A DNA stretch of 64,000 bases. Origin: Polymyxa betae A26-41 (lineage: Eukaryota > Protista > Endomyxa: Phytomyxea). The stretch spans positions 10,091 to 74,090 of the forward strand of contig RBZT01000632.1 of assembly GCA_003693705.1 (NCBI GenBank), in the 5' to 3' direction. Position numbers and translations under genes: made by a program. The notes under the pieces are model-generated. The model saw only the letters and a list, made by a program, of their open reading frames with translations, was not told the DNA's origin and made no database searches. How positions within the stretch are numbered: position 1 is the first letter of the stretch; every line of letters starts with the position of its first letter. This document shows, piece after piece, positions 34,612 to 47,190 of this stretch.

Positions 34612-36523
34612 TTATTTACGCGGCAGGATGAAATGGAACGCTATGAAGGCGATCAAATTGATGACGAGAGCAGCTGTGAACGCGACCGGATTCGAGATCA
34701 GCAGAGCCAGCAACGTGGCCAGTACAACGACGACCTTGGGGATCGTTATGGCCCAAACGCCGGCCCATCCGCCGGGAACTTGAAACGGACGAATCGCATC
34801 GGGTTCGTTCTGCCTCAGCACGACGAACGTTGCGAATTCCAGCAGCAACGCGATACTAAACGTCATGTCACAAGGGTTAGGGTTTAGGGTTCCGGATCTG
34901 CCTGACCATGCGAACACCATCTCCAGTTGTATCAGTTGTGTTAGATCGGTCTGCACCAGGACGCACATCACCACACATTGCGCCCAGAACGATCGCAACG
35001 GGACGCCGTCCTTCGATCTCCGCTCGAACCAGGCCGGTACGACCCGGCGCCGAGTCATTGTTTGTTGGCCCATGGCGCACAGCATCTGTCCGGTAGATGC
35101 GATGCCGGCATTGCAGAGACCCAAGCTTGATAGCAGTCCGGACAGGATCGTCAGGGCGCCGAGCCACGGACCGGCACGGCGGGCGGCCGCCACGAACCCG
35201 TTCCCGGTCGACCAGAGCCGCGGATCGGGCATCAGGGCGTACCCAACCACGACCGGGACGACATACGCGAATGTGGACAGCATGATGGCCAGCCCTAGAC
35301 CCAGCTGCCAGCAGTGGCATCAGCGCTTGACATTGTCGTGATCGGTAACATTACAGGAAGGGTTCGAGGCGGGTCGGCGATCTCACCGGCGATCGAACCG
35401 ACCGAGTCCCAACCTGAAACCACGTTAGACGATTGCGGGTCGGTTGCCAGTGCAATAACGACCTGTGCTGGCCCAGAGCAGGACCGACATCAGCACGCCT
35501 ATGTAATAGTCAGTTATTGTCTGGTGTTGTAGGTGATAGGGCGGCAACGACCCCAGTCAACGTTGTCCGGGATCTTGGTGAAGTCGGCCAGGTGGAATTG
35601 TCTCGCCTACACCGGGTCTGAATGAGGCCCCGGTTGAAAAACCCTAAACCCTAACTGACAGCGAACGGGATCTCCAGGACGAAGACGGCCATGGTCCCAA
35701 GCAGCATCAGCGCCAGCGAATCCGCCACGGTTTGAATCCCGGCCGCATTCAGCGCCGTCAGGCCCACTAAAACTAGCGGCCGCCCAATCACCATGGCCGC
35801 CCATGATTCGCTCGCCCCGGGCCAGTATGCCACGAAAATGTTCGCTATAAGGGAGCAATTCAGTCAGGCCAAGGGATACTTTAAAACTAAAAGCAAACGA
35901 AGAAAAAACGAGCAAAATTTCTTACGATAAATGCATTTATCGATGAGACCGGCGACGAACGTGTTGATGGCGTTCAGAGCGCCGAGGCTCTGTCCGAGGC
36001 CTCGGTAGACCCAGACGACGGAGCCGCCGTTCTCTGGCATCATGGTGGCCAACTCAGCCGTCATCAGCGCTTGCGGAATCGACCAGATCAAGGGAAGGAC
36101 CAACAGCCTGATTGATGCCCAAAGTAAGCCCCGACGACAAGACATGGCGCACGTCGTACCGACCCGATCAGAGTGATGCAAGCGCCGCCAGCACTAACTG
36201 AACAGATGCAACATTAGGTTGATGAAACCATCAGGGAGTGTCGTACCTGCCGCTTCCAAGCCGTAAGGACCGCCGCATCTGCCGAATGTCAGAAGAAAGG
36301 TGATATTATAGTTCCGGGCGCTGATGGTTTACGTGAGGAAGAAAGCGATGTAGACGAAACGCGTTAGCGAGATCGCCCCCCGGCGGAACGGCGAAATTGG
36401 CGATGCCGATTCCAGGCCATCGTCGCTGAATTTGTCACCCAACAGCTGATCCTGCTCCGAGAGATAATCAGCAGATTTCGATCTGCCGATATGGACGCTG
36501 CCGGACTTGGCCGTCACCGTCAT
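34612..36523 (-). CDS. APC-superfamily polyamine/amino acid transporter (PUT/LAT-like)
   Basis: FFLTCGGPYGLE, LPLIWSIPQALMTAELATMMPENGG, GWDSVGSIAGEI, LLEFATFVVLR..EP...RPFQVPGG. Confidence 0.92.
34873..34891. repeat. telomere-like repeat in transporter intron
   Basis: AGGGTTAGGGTTTAGGGTT. Confidence 0.88.
35637..35655. repeat. telomere-like repeat in transporter intron
   Basis: AAAAACCCTAAACCCTAAC. Confidence 0.88.
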
Positions 36524-36653
36524 GGTTGCTCGGCTGGGCGGTACTGGCCGAACACGTGATTTGCCGACCGATCTGGATCTAGAAGAAAGCCGAAATTGAA
36601 ACCGACTCGGTCGTCACAGGACGTAACAGCGGTTCAAGGTGTGATGCGCCGTT

Positions 36654-37646
36654 TTATTTCTTTGTGGACGACGAGCTCGGGGCCATTGGTTTCTCAGATT
36701 TCGAACCGGCGGCCTGCTTGGCGGTCTTCACGATCGACGTGGCGATGTTCGAAGCGCCTTTTACAGCGAACTTGGCGAGGACCTTGGCCGCTTCTGCGGG
36801 CGAAACTTCCGCCGGCGTTTTCTCGTCGTCTCGGCTTGTCGGCCCAGCAGGAATCGCTTGATAATTGCTATTAGATTTCACGACCTACGATCAATCGTCA
36901 ATCGGCCAGGGACTGAAAGAAACTGGGCGAACTCGACCTCATCATAGGCAGGGGGCAGAGGCTCGATTGGGACCATCGCCTGCGCCTGTTTATTCACCGA
37001 GGTCTTGCTTGGAACGTCTTCCGACTTGTCCTTATTAGAGTTGATGAGATTCGCAGCTGCAGGAGGACGGTCGTGATGGTGAGGGGATGAAGCGTTCGTC
37101 GCCAGCATGTCGAGATCGACTTCATCTTCGCATAGACAAACGATGCAGCAATGAGGGCAGCACGGAATAGCACAGCCTAAGCCCCAAGGATGCGCTTCTG
37201 GATCCCATCGGTTGCGTCGCTGATCGCGGCTTTCCACGCTATCGTCACAGCACGGGTCGCAACGACATCCCGTTGGAAAGCATCTAAAAACGAGTCAGAG
37301 ATCATTCCAGAGCTGAACTGACAACATTCGACGTACGGAAAGAGCGGATTGTGAGGAAAGCATAAGGCCACATGTTTGGCTCGGCTCTTTCGTCCATTAC
37401 CAGCAAACAAACCTAATCAAAATCAGAATAAACGCGAATATTGAAATGGAAAGAACCTGTATGCGGCGGTTTCCTCGATTCGTGTTTCCAGCAGCAAAGC
37501 CAGCCGCAGATACACGAATAGAACGAGACACATTTCGACGTGCGATACCAGAAGCGCATCCTGTACATGTACCAAACGACGAGGGCCACTAGGGACAGGC
37601 CCAGGACGGTATAGCCGACGATATCACCACTCTTGTCTTTACCCAT
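36654..37646 (-). CDS. single-pass membrane protein with Cys-rich clusters and a PPAY motif
   Basis: N-terminal TM helix, CICGWLCCW, CAIPCCPHCCIVCLC, LPPAY; several introns. Confidence 0.6.
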
Positions 37647-37952
37647 CTCTGCTCAACAATAACTACATTAGATCATTATGGAGAGTGTGGCTCTCACTCT
37701 TAGAGGGTCGTCTTATCTCCGTATTGAACAGAAGAGGAGCTGAGCCACGGTCTGGGGCCTCGCACTCGGGTTCACCTCAGAACGAACTCTCACTTCGATT
37801 TCAATGCAATCCGACCTGTGCCGAGAAGCCCGGATGGGTTGTCATATCCAGTTCCACGTCAACGTACTGTATTTAACATTCTGGAGCCATTTGATGAAGA
37901 GATGATTGTCTGGAAGAAGTGATAGGAAGAAGCAGTCGAGAACATGGGAAAG

Positions 37953-39700
37953 TTACGGTTTTCTATTAATTTGAAAATCGGCATAAGGAAGCAGTTGTGT
38001 GATGTAGATTTCGGCCAGATCGGAATACGTCGACCCCCTAAGTGCAACTCGAAAGCCGAGGTGCCTGTATATACGAGCCCAGTCATTACTTCTCACCTAA
38101 ACGTAAATCGTCAGCTTCCAACTAGCGACAACTTTGCTGACAGACATTATCAAACCCGCCTAAAGCTGCAACGCTGTGGTAAAGCAACCACAGATCAACA
38201 GGTTTGCCTTGAACAAGAAGCTTGAATTTGCCGGAATACTCGCTGTCTGGATTCTTGGACCTCAACACTTCAAGTTCTTCGAGGAAGATTTTCTTATCGT
38301 CGTCGTATCTTGTCGTACAATTGATGCATTTGAATTGCGGCCAATCGCGGCCAAATGGAGAGTGTTGCGAACAATAACTTCATATGATACTTTAGAACAA
38401 GAATCACACGAGGCATAGAACGAACCTGATCCAGCAAGACTCGCATTCTAATTTAATGTTGATCTCGGGGCACAAAGCGCATTGATGCCTTGGGCATTTC
38501 CATTTCCCAGAAGGGACGTTTCCCTGATGATTAAATCAGCTGAAGAAAAGGTTTAGTTGAATTTAGCGAAATCTCACCAGTCCAACACAAGCTGGATGAT
38601 AAAGACGAGAACAACCGACGACGTCACAAACGAGAACAGTTCCTCCAGTCTACAAATCAAATCTCAAAGAGGAACAAATAAAAATATTAGAGAACCTTGC
38701 AGATAAGGCAATGCTCGTCTTCGTCTAGATTGACGACGATATGGTTATTCCTGCGGCGAATAGTTCTAAGAACGATTTAGATGGAATTGCAGGACAACAA
38801 AACGCTGTACGAGACGGTGTTGATAGGCTTCTTCTTTTTAATCCAATTAGGCAGATCGGAAAGTTTCATGACAGCAGCATGGTCGTAATTGCACGCTTGC
38901 AATAAGGTCAGAGCTGCTTCCTGGTCGATCTCCATTGATCTGGGGAACATTTCCCCTGACGAGATCCGTTAAGCCTGATAGTCAGCAAATAAAGTCAAAT
39001 ACGCTTACTAATTTCGGTTAAAAATGTATCGACATTGCATTCTGCATTATTCCTTTCAGGCCTCCAGAGCAATTCACCACCCAATCGCTCACTGGCTGGC
39101 TGGCACCGTTTCGATAATCCAGCCTGACCATAATAAGCCTGAGAATAGCAAAAGAACAACAAACGGCGTGATAAATTGCAACTTGTGGTTGTGAAAGTCT
39201 TCATAAAAAGAGTAAAAGTCTAAAAGGCTGAAGTTTAAGACAATGAAAAGTCTGGTTTTTTCGTGTACGAACGGCAGACAAGCAAAGTCGTGGAAAAAAT
39301 TAATTAATGAGTCGGAAAGTCCAATAGGCGAACCTGATAATGGTCACATCTTCTTCTATGGACATGACCCTGTACAGCCTGATCCCCATTGGTATAATGA
39401 TCGGCCAACGAGGCTATCTCTCCCATAAACATCACACTCCCGGTCGAATCGCTTCACCGTCCAAGCCGTCGCTGGTCGTATATGACGATCAAAGCCTAGT
39501 TTCGAAGCGTACGGCGGATTCGACCTGGTCGTTGCGAAGTGCAAACAGTTGTTGATCCAGCGCTCTTAGTGTGTGAAATGAACGCAATATAGCGTAACAT
39601 TTCTCATCGTCTTCGTGCTCGCTTAAAGTGACGCCACGCTCATCCTTCAAATACATCGTCTCTCATTCTTTCAATATCACTGTTTGCCTTGTATTTCTTA
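37953..39700 (-). CDS. chromatin regulator with ELM2-like, PHD-finger and ARID domains
   Basis: ELLWRPE...DQEAALTLLQACNYD (ELM2); HCLICK..LVCDVVGCSRLYHPAC..WKCPRHQC (NSD-type PHD); KPVDLWLLYHSVAALGGF..W..I...LG..Y...LLPY (ARID); 5' end uncertain. Confidence 0.75.
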
Positions 39701-39904
39701 CTCCGACGTCCATTGAATTCTATGGGTTTCATTCATTCGAAGTTTAAGAGCAGCTCGTGAGCATTCGGTGAGCGTAGTACCAAAACCTCACAATCCCCCA
39801 AAGTTTCTGGCGGCTCAAGTTTTAGATAAAAGCAACTTATTGATGCCCCAGCAGCATCGAACATCCAGATGTCAATGCAATGTTTTTAATGAATAGATAG
39901 AAGA

Positions 39905-42136
39905 TCAGAAAGCTGACGATTTGACATTATCGATGTCATATTGTTGAACGATTGTCTCCAGGGATGTTCGGCACGCGATTTGGGCACCAAGTTTGATACA
40001 AGCGAGATAGAATCCGGAAAGCTGCAAAACAGAGCTCAATGAGGCATTTCAAATGGTGCTGTTAAAAAAGCTTACCTTGCGATGCAAGGCGTAGGCCTCA
40101 ATCGGGGGTGGCGTCAGCCGATGTTCAACCATGACCTTAGCTAAGTTAGAGAGACGAGCAGGAACCGATGACAAAGCGAAATTGTAGCTGAATCAAACGT
40201 TAGGAGCGGTAAAATTTTCAAGAAAGATCTAGATACGTCTCAGTGCGGAATGGCTCTCCAACGACAAAAGCGCTTTCGACATGAGCATCAAGCATGAGCT
40301 TGGACTCTTGGCCTAACAGATCATCAATTCTTACCTCTTTAAAATCACAAATTAAGAATAAAAAATTCACCTGTTAAAAATCCCAGAGCGATCGAGTGTT
40401 TGATAACAGCATCTCGATCCATGTTGGCGCAAGCCCAAACCATTGACAAATAGTGTCGGATGAAGCCCTCATCGTATTGCGAACAGGAACCGAAATCCAA
40501 TAAGTATATAACGTCAAGATGGGGATTGTAGCTGATTGAAGGAAGAATGAGAACACCACCAAATACAGCATTCTCCGTTTACAGGAAGTTAGCCCAGTTC
40601 GGGTCGGTCTGCATAAATCGAAACTTAAACAGCTCGTGCAAGCACAATCGCAGCAAACGCTCAGCGATTGCAATGCGGCGTTCAAGCGACATCGTTTTGA
40701 CGTGATCCAACTCGACTCCATTGACAAACTCTAACAAAAAAATGAGCGAAACATTGTGAATGAGAAGATCACGCGCGCAAACCCGAAGTTAGAATTCGCT
40801 TTGACGACAATTCATCGTAGACCTTCGGAATGTAAAAATCGTGATCTTGGATCAATAGTTCTTTGAATCGTTTCTGATTTGCAGCCTCTATCGTATAGTC
40901 ACATTCGCGAGATAGTTCGTCATGTGCCACTTTCAGCAACTGATCCATATAAAGACCTTCAAAAATAGTGGGCACACGCAATAGGCAGTAGAAGAATGGC
41001 AAACCTTTCGGGAAGACATTTGTGTATTGAAGAATTCGCTTCACATTGAGAAGATCACTCTTAATAGAGGTAGCAACGCCTACAAAACAATCTGTATACG
41101 AAGGATAACGTGGATAAACACAGACCTGGATATTGCACTTTCATTGCGACCTGCTCTCCCGTCTTCAAAGTGACCCGATGAACTTGCCCAATAGAGGCTG
41201 CCGCTACTGGCGTATAATCGAAAGAGCCAAGTTTAGATTCCCAATCTGACTGAATCAGCGGAGGCAATCTGCAATGAGAAAAGCGAACCTTCTCCCAGGT
41301 CCTCCCTCAGAACCGATAGCAATTGACCTCTTGGCATCATATTTGCAGACGAACGCACTCGATCCAGGATTTTCTGAGGCCATCGTCAAAACAAAGTTCC
41401 GAAATTGTTAAAATAACAGTGCCTGGAAGTCAGGAGGAACTAAACTTTCGTCCTGAATGCTCAGCATTTGGCCCAACTTTAAAGCTGCGCCTCTCATACG
41501 GCACAGCCCTGCGGTTAACCGCTCTGCATTTGCGGCTGTGAGGAAAGGGGAGCCTAAACTATCAATTGAGAGAGCCGGCAGCGAATCCGTTGAGCCAAAG
41601 TGCTCACAGCAAAACGATAGAGCAAACGTTTGAAAATAAACTGATTGCAAAAATCGATATGAAGACCTTGAGCAGGCTTCGCCTCGGGAGATAATGGCGA
41701 AACAATTCGTCGAGCAGCTTCCGAGACGGCGCCCATGGCTAATGACATCGATAAACCGCCAAACTGCAATATCCTTTCAACAGGGCTGGATGGAACACGA
41801 TTCTCGACCAGCGGATCGCTCGATGACGATCGCGTCAGCTTCTGCAGGTCGTTCTCTCCAAAGACATCGGGAAATCTTCAGACAACAGACAAAGATTCAA
41901 CTTTCGATCATTCTTCACCATCGTCATACAAAAAAGTTTTATTAAACTTACTGAGGACGGGATAGAGGTTGGGGCGTTTGATCGCTTTCAGGAGCTGGAT
42001 CAGAAGATGGCCCTCGTGGAACGGATGTGGTGATCTTCTGCAAAGCCGACTTTGTACAATGTTCCCAGACTTCGCTGGCGACCAGAGCGGCGCCGGACGC
42101 CACTTTTAGAGTCGATTGCAAAGGACTCGGCTTCAT
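39905..42136 (-). CDS. COQ8: ABC1/UbiB family kinase, COQ8/ADCK3-like
   Basis: [87 protein letters not shown]. Confidence 0.93.
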
Positions 42137-43173
42137 AGCAAAGAATGGCGAGCTACAGAGCCAAACCCACCAATACAATTGTGCGGAGAGGATCGCAATC
42201 AACCGGTCGCAACAGAGAGACAAATTTTGTGTAGGTTCAGGTAGCATTCAGGTACCAGTGATTTCAACAGCTTCGCTAAGCGTTTGTTAAATTCATCGCT
42301 AAGATAGTTCTACAAAGGATCAAGCCAGTGCGAACTCGAGCCGTAAATGAGGCCAACATAGCGATCAAGAACCGCTCGAATAACCATCTCGAAATCAGCA
42401 ATGTATCACAGCCTAGTGCCACGACAAGTCTTAGTTGGTTATTGTAAGACGGCTTCTGCAAGAACCACGTAATGATCAAGACTGTTGGTCTTAGCTTGCA
42501 TCAACATGACAAATGTAGAATATCGCTGACCTGTACTACAATTCTTCCGGAAATCGAGAAAACGAAGGCATAGTCGAGCTTCGGTAGCAATCGAAAGTGA
42601 TGGTTTGCCCCAATTTGTTGTTGAATCCGTCTTTCAATAGTCACTTCATCTGAGTAAGGAGGACGAGGGCAGACAAGGAACAGCAATGAAGTGCTCGGCA
42701 GGGCTGAGAGAGAAACCTGTTCTGAAAAAAATTGATCGTATTGGGAGACAGCTTACTGCCAAACAAAATTGTCAAAGATACTCGTTGATAATCTGGGATT
42801 AATCCATATTGCAGCGATTTACAGGTGGTCTCCCACCAAGAGGTTGTTGAGGCGATTGCAAGTTCTGAGGGCGATTGCGGTTGTTGTTGAAGATGCTTTA
42901 TAATGTTTCCGACTCAGCGTCAATAAAATTACAGGAAAACGTCATGGGAGGAAAGTCGCCAGATGCGACAATAGAAAACGTATAAACGACAGTTTCAAAT
43001 ACTAGCAGTCTTTAACTCTCGTTGAAAACAAGTGATCGATCTTTGCCTATAATAGAGGGAGTGAAGAATGGGCGCGAAACTCATTGCGCTCTTGCCCAAT
43101 CTTCGTCCGTCTTCATCGACTTCGCCCAATGGCAGTCATTGTCCCAGGGCGTACACGTAGATCTTCACCGATT

Positions 43174-46149
43174 AATGACGAGTCTGCCTACAAGTGCCCA
43201 CGAATCGATCCGTAATGATTAGACAACGACTTATAATCGAGTCTGAATTTTTGCCCAGTCCAAAACGCGGTCGTAAAAGTAGTCGTCATGCACGAAGATC
43301 CAGTGCAGATGATGCTGGTTTGGTCGCCAGACGCATCGCTAGTGAAACTATCGATGCTGCTTTGACCTGCCTGGAGCAGCTTCTGCAAGAGATCCCGGCC
43401 GATGTGGCTTTTCGGTTTGCCGAATACGCCTGGATGTTTGCCACCTGTTCCTGCCGCCTTCCACCGCCATTCAATGAGAGAACGAAAGCTTCAGCTTTCC
43501 GCCTTTTGTCATTATGGCAGCATGTAAGCCATCAAGCCGTTTTATCCGACTCTTATAGTGAGCTTCCTTCCAGTACAGGCAGCGTACTTCTGACACGTAT
43601 CTTGAAGACCTCTATGCTTTTAAGACTTTCTCAATCGTTGGATTTGAATCCGATGTTGAGTTTCAAGCGCATAGCAACGTTTACAAGCGCTGGAGAGCGT
43701 ATTTGTCTATGAGTCTTATCAGATGGTTTATTTAGTTTCGATAGGCGCCCCCATCCTGAGCTTCTCGATGAAGACGATACGAGATACGGCCGCTGGGATC
43801 GCTTCCTTGAGAACGCTCTGGATGTTTGGGCAACTCAAGGCCTTAAACCTGACGATGATGGGCGCATTTGGTCCTATATCAAACGTTGGGAAAGTCGCCT
43901 GTACCAGGTACGACTTTTGCCAAAGCGTTCAGCTCATTACTCTCTGTCATTCCCCCGAGATAGCTTTCTTAGCTATTCTATAGGCTGTATACGACATGCG
44001 CCCTCGATTGGCACAAGAAAATTTTCCGCTTAATCACTCTTTGTCGCTTGTTCAAGCGCTCTCCTATTTCGTGCTCATATTGACCGAATACGGAACCAAA
44101 ATGGCTTCACCCGAACACGCCGACTACATCAGTAAGCGATATTATCAGGCGCTTAATCGAGTGGCGTCATTGTACGTAGTGTAGCTGCCTATGTCGATGA
44201 TCTAAGTACTTAGTTGATAGATACGAGGTTGATGTTTCGCTCGATAATAATAATTGGCTGGATAGATCACTGCCGATTATGCAGCTGGTATTCGCATCTT
44301 ACCTGCTGCAAAAGCCGGTGCGCCTTTTATCTCGGTTCTTCGCTTTATGCTCTTATATCAAAATTCTAGTTGAATCCGTCGCTCGAGCAAGCGCTGAATG
44401 AGGCGCTGACGTCGGGCGTCCCCGTCCCAGGCTTGTTCCACCATCCAGATGAATGGACGTACTTTGCTCGGCTCGACCGGGTTTATTGCTGCATCCTCGC
44501 TATGGCTTGCTGGTCCGGGCTGATCCTACCGGCAGAAACGTCGCCCTGTTTGTTGGCCCATCTCAACAGCAATCGCAATACGGTTTGTTGTCAATGTCCA
44601 AAAGCCCCCTAAAAACCTTCACTGAGCTTATTCAGCATCGTAACACTCCTGAGCCCACCGGCACCGGACGATCATCATCCAGAGCAGCACGACGCTCATC
44701 TGGTTGCAAGTAAGCATCGTTGTGGATTTGCTCAACTTGAAATTATTTACTGTTTTCGAAGACTGCCGTCATCCACTGAGAGTAAAGCCGCCGTTGATGC
44801 TCTCGTTCGGACTAAAGGTCCGGTCCAGGAAAAGAAAGTCTTCGCCCAAAACAATGACTTTTCTATCCATACTGCTGTTGCCAGCCACGAATCTGTTCAG
44901 AGCGGTGAAAGCTCCAACAAGGTCAGCATTGTTCAGGACAACGATTCCGCTCCCAGCAACGATTTTGTTGTTCAGAACGATCTCGACTTCGACAAAGACG
45001 CCATCCTGAGTCACGATAACGACTTTCAGGGCAATGATTCTGTACAGAATCACGACGCTGCTCTCAGGGATAACGTGATTCAAAACAATGATGCCGCTCT
45101 CAATCAAGAAGCTGTAGTCAACAACAAGGCTGAACCTGCCGTCGATAACGATCCTTATCAGAAGCAGCGTCTATTTTATCGTGATCGGTCTTTGATGCCA
45201 GCGCGGCGAATCTCGAGGTTCGCCTTCACGTCCTTCGATCACGTTCCGATGGTGGGCACAAGATATCAAGTTGCAATCTCTTAATTCGATTTAGGAATAT
45301 GACGCTCGTTGTCAAAATGGGATCGTCGTGCTTCCTGGATTGCTTCGGGACTTCATAGCAAGCAATGAAGTTTACGGTTTGTGACGTCCTTATCTCATAA
45401 GCAGCTCGCATTAAACTGGCTAATTAGGCCGCATCGTTGGCAATTGTGAGAGACTGTCTCAGGGTTTTACTGTATGGCTATCGAACAAACAGAACATTGA
45501 ACCAGCCGATTGTCAGCGTTGTTCTTAATCCTTGATTCTCGATATTAACGTGCTATTGCTAGCTATGTATCGTTCCGATACTTGGGACGACGTTTTACTT
45601 TACAGAGGAATTCATGAGTATATTCTCCCGCTGCTAATATCGAAATTGGGCCCGCTTGCCATGGTCAAGGATGCCAACGGAAATGAGCTGAGAACGGTTC
45701 GCGTTTGTATGCGATCCAAAGGTGCGGAAGGTGGATTTCTGTTTGTGCCATCGTTGACGTATCGATGTCAGGCGAATCCGACCACAGACACAGAGATATG
45801 GGATTCTACGAGGAGAATCTGCCGCAGTTGAACGGCATCGCCTACCGGCTATATACCGTCTGGATGTTGCTATCCAATAATACTTCCAGGTCGGAATCGT
45901 TTCAATTCGCCCAATCATGCATTGCGCAATTCGATTTATTGTTCGTTGTCAGGTCGCCGTTGACATTTATAGACGGCTCCGGTTGCTCGCATGATGGCCC
46001 AAGTAATGGTGGAGATGTTGTCGTTTACAGTAGCTGCATTCAGCTTGAGGTCGGCGATGTTTTCTGATATCGGCTTGATGGTTATGTTGGTTTCAGGCGC
46101 GTCCGGTTCCGGACGGACGATGGGTCTCTGTCGATTTCGGCATCTTAGT
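43174..46149 (+). CDS. large multi-exon hypothetical protein with an Asp/Asn-rich degenerate repeat
   Basis: Chain of plus-strand exons separated by about 50-nt GT-AG introns; VQN(N)D-type repeats at 44930-45125; may be more than one gene. Confidence 0.45.
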
Positions 46150-47190
46150 TAAAGATAAATCGTATTGAACTCTTGGTCGGTGATATCCGTGCTTGGAAAA
46201 TTTGTTGCTAATTTGGATTTAGGTTGAAGGAATTACTTTAAATATCAATTATTAATATAGGTGTTTGCAGTTATATATTAATGATCCTCACTTAATAACT
46301 CGTGCCGCTATATGCAAGGGCTATCCTATCGTTTCCAGGCGCTGCTTTTGCAATGGCGCTTGAGCGGTTCCGGTTTTGCTATTACGCCAAGTTGGGAATT
46401 GCCTTGTACTGAAATGTTTTGGCGATTATCACTCGCTGTCCACGTCTTTCACCATCTTCACAATGCGGAACACTCCAATCGTGAACTTCTCGCAGTCTGT
46501 TTACGCCAATCTGTACGATTCAGTTCTTGCTCGCTGTACCAGCGACATTAGTACCTCTCGCACACTATTTCTACTTCAAAGGCTGATGTCATGGTCTTTC
46601 ACTGTTAGCCAGCGCGTCCTAAGCAGCAAACTGAACCTGTTCGGGGTGATTTTCTGTATGTAAGTCCAAGCGGTATCAAGAGAGCCACATCAGGACTATG
46701 CCTGCTGTTTTGCCACCTTGAATATGTAGTGCCTTCGAACCTCTGTAAGAGGGCTCAGTTGATGGTAAGGTTTCGTTTGCTCCGGGCATCTAACAGCAAC
46801 GCCAAAATTGAACGTTTCAAGGTTTAATAGTTGCGGCTGAGGTCGAGATCCATCAAGTATACATACTGGACCAGTGCAAGCTAGTTCGCACCTGTTGAAT
46901 CTTCGTTCTAACGAAATGAAGTGTTTCACAACAAACACTGGAAAGCAGGACGCAGATGATCATCGCTCTGGCAAGTGTTCCATCCGTGATCTCTGGTTAT
47001 ATCGTTGTTGTACCACTGCGAGAGCAAGGAAAACCATGCAGCCAACGTTTTAGATTCAGACAATACGATTTGGTATCAATTGTACCGAAGATTCGATCGA
47101 GCAAAGCTCGCGCTCAGCGATTCAAAATCTCGGAGAGCCACGCGCAGCAACATTTATTGCCAAATATCGTTGTCGTCTTCAGAAGCCGAT

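Noticed and set aside
22577-35655. True chromosome end or fusion site
   Set aside because: Arrays are only 2-4 units, dispersed, in both orientations and inside intact genes
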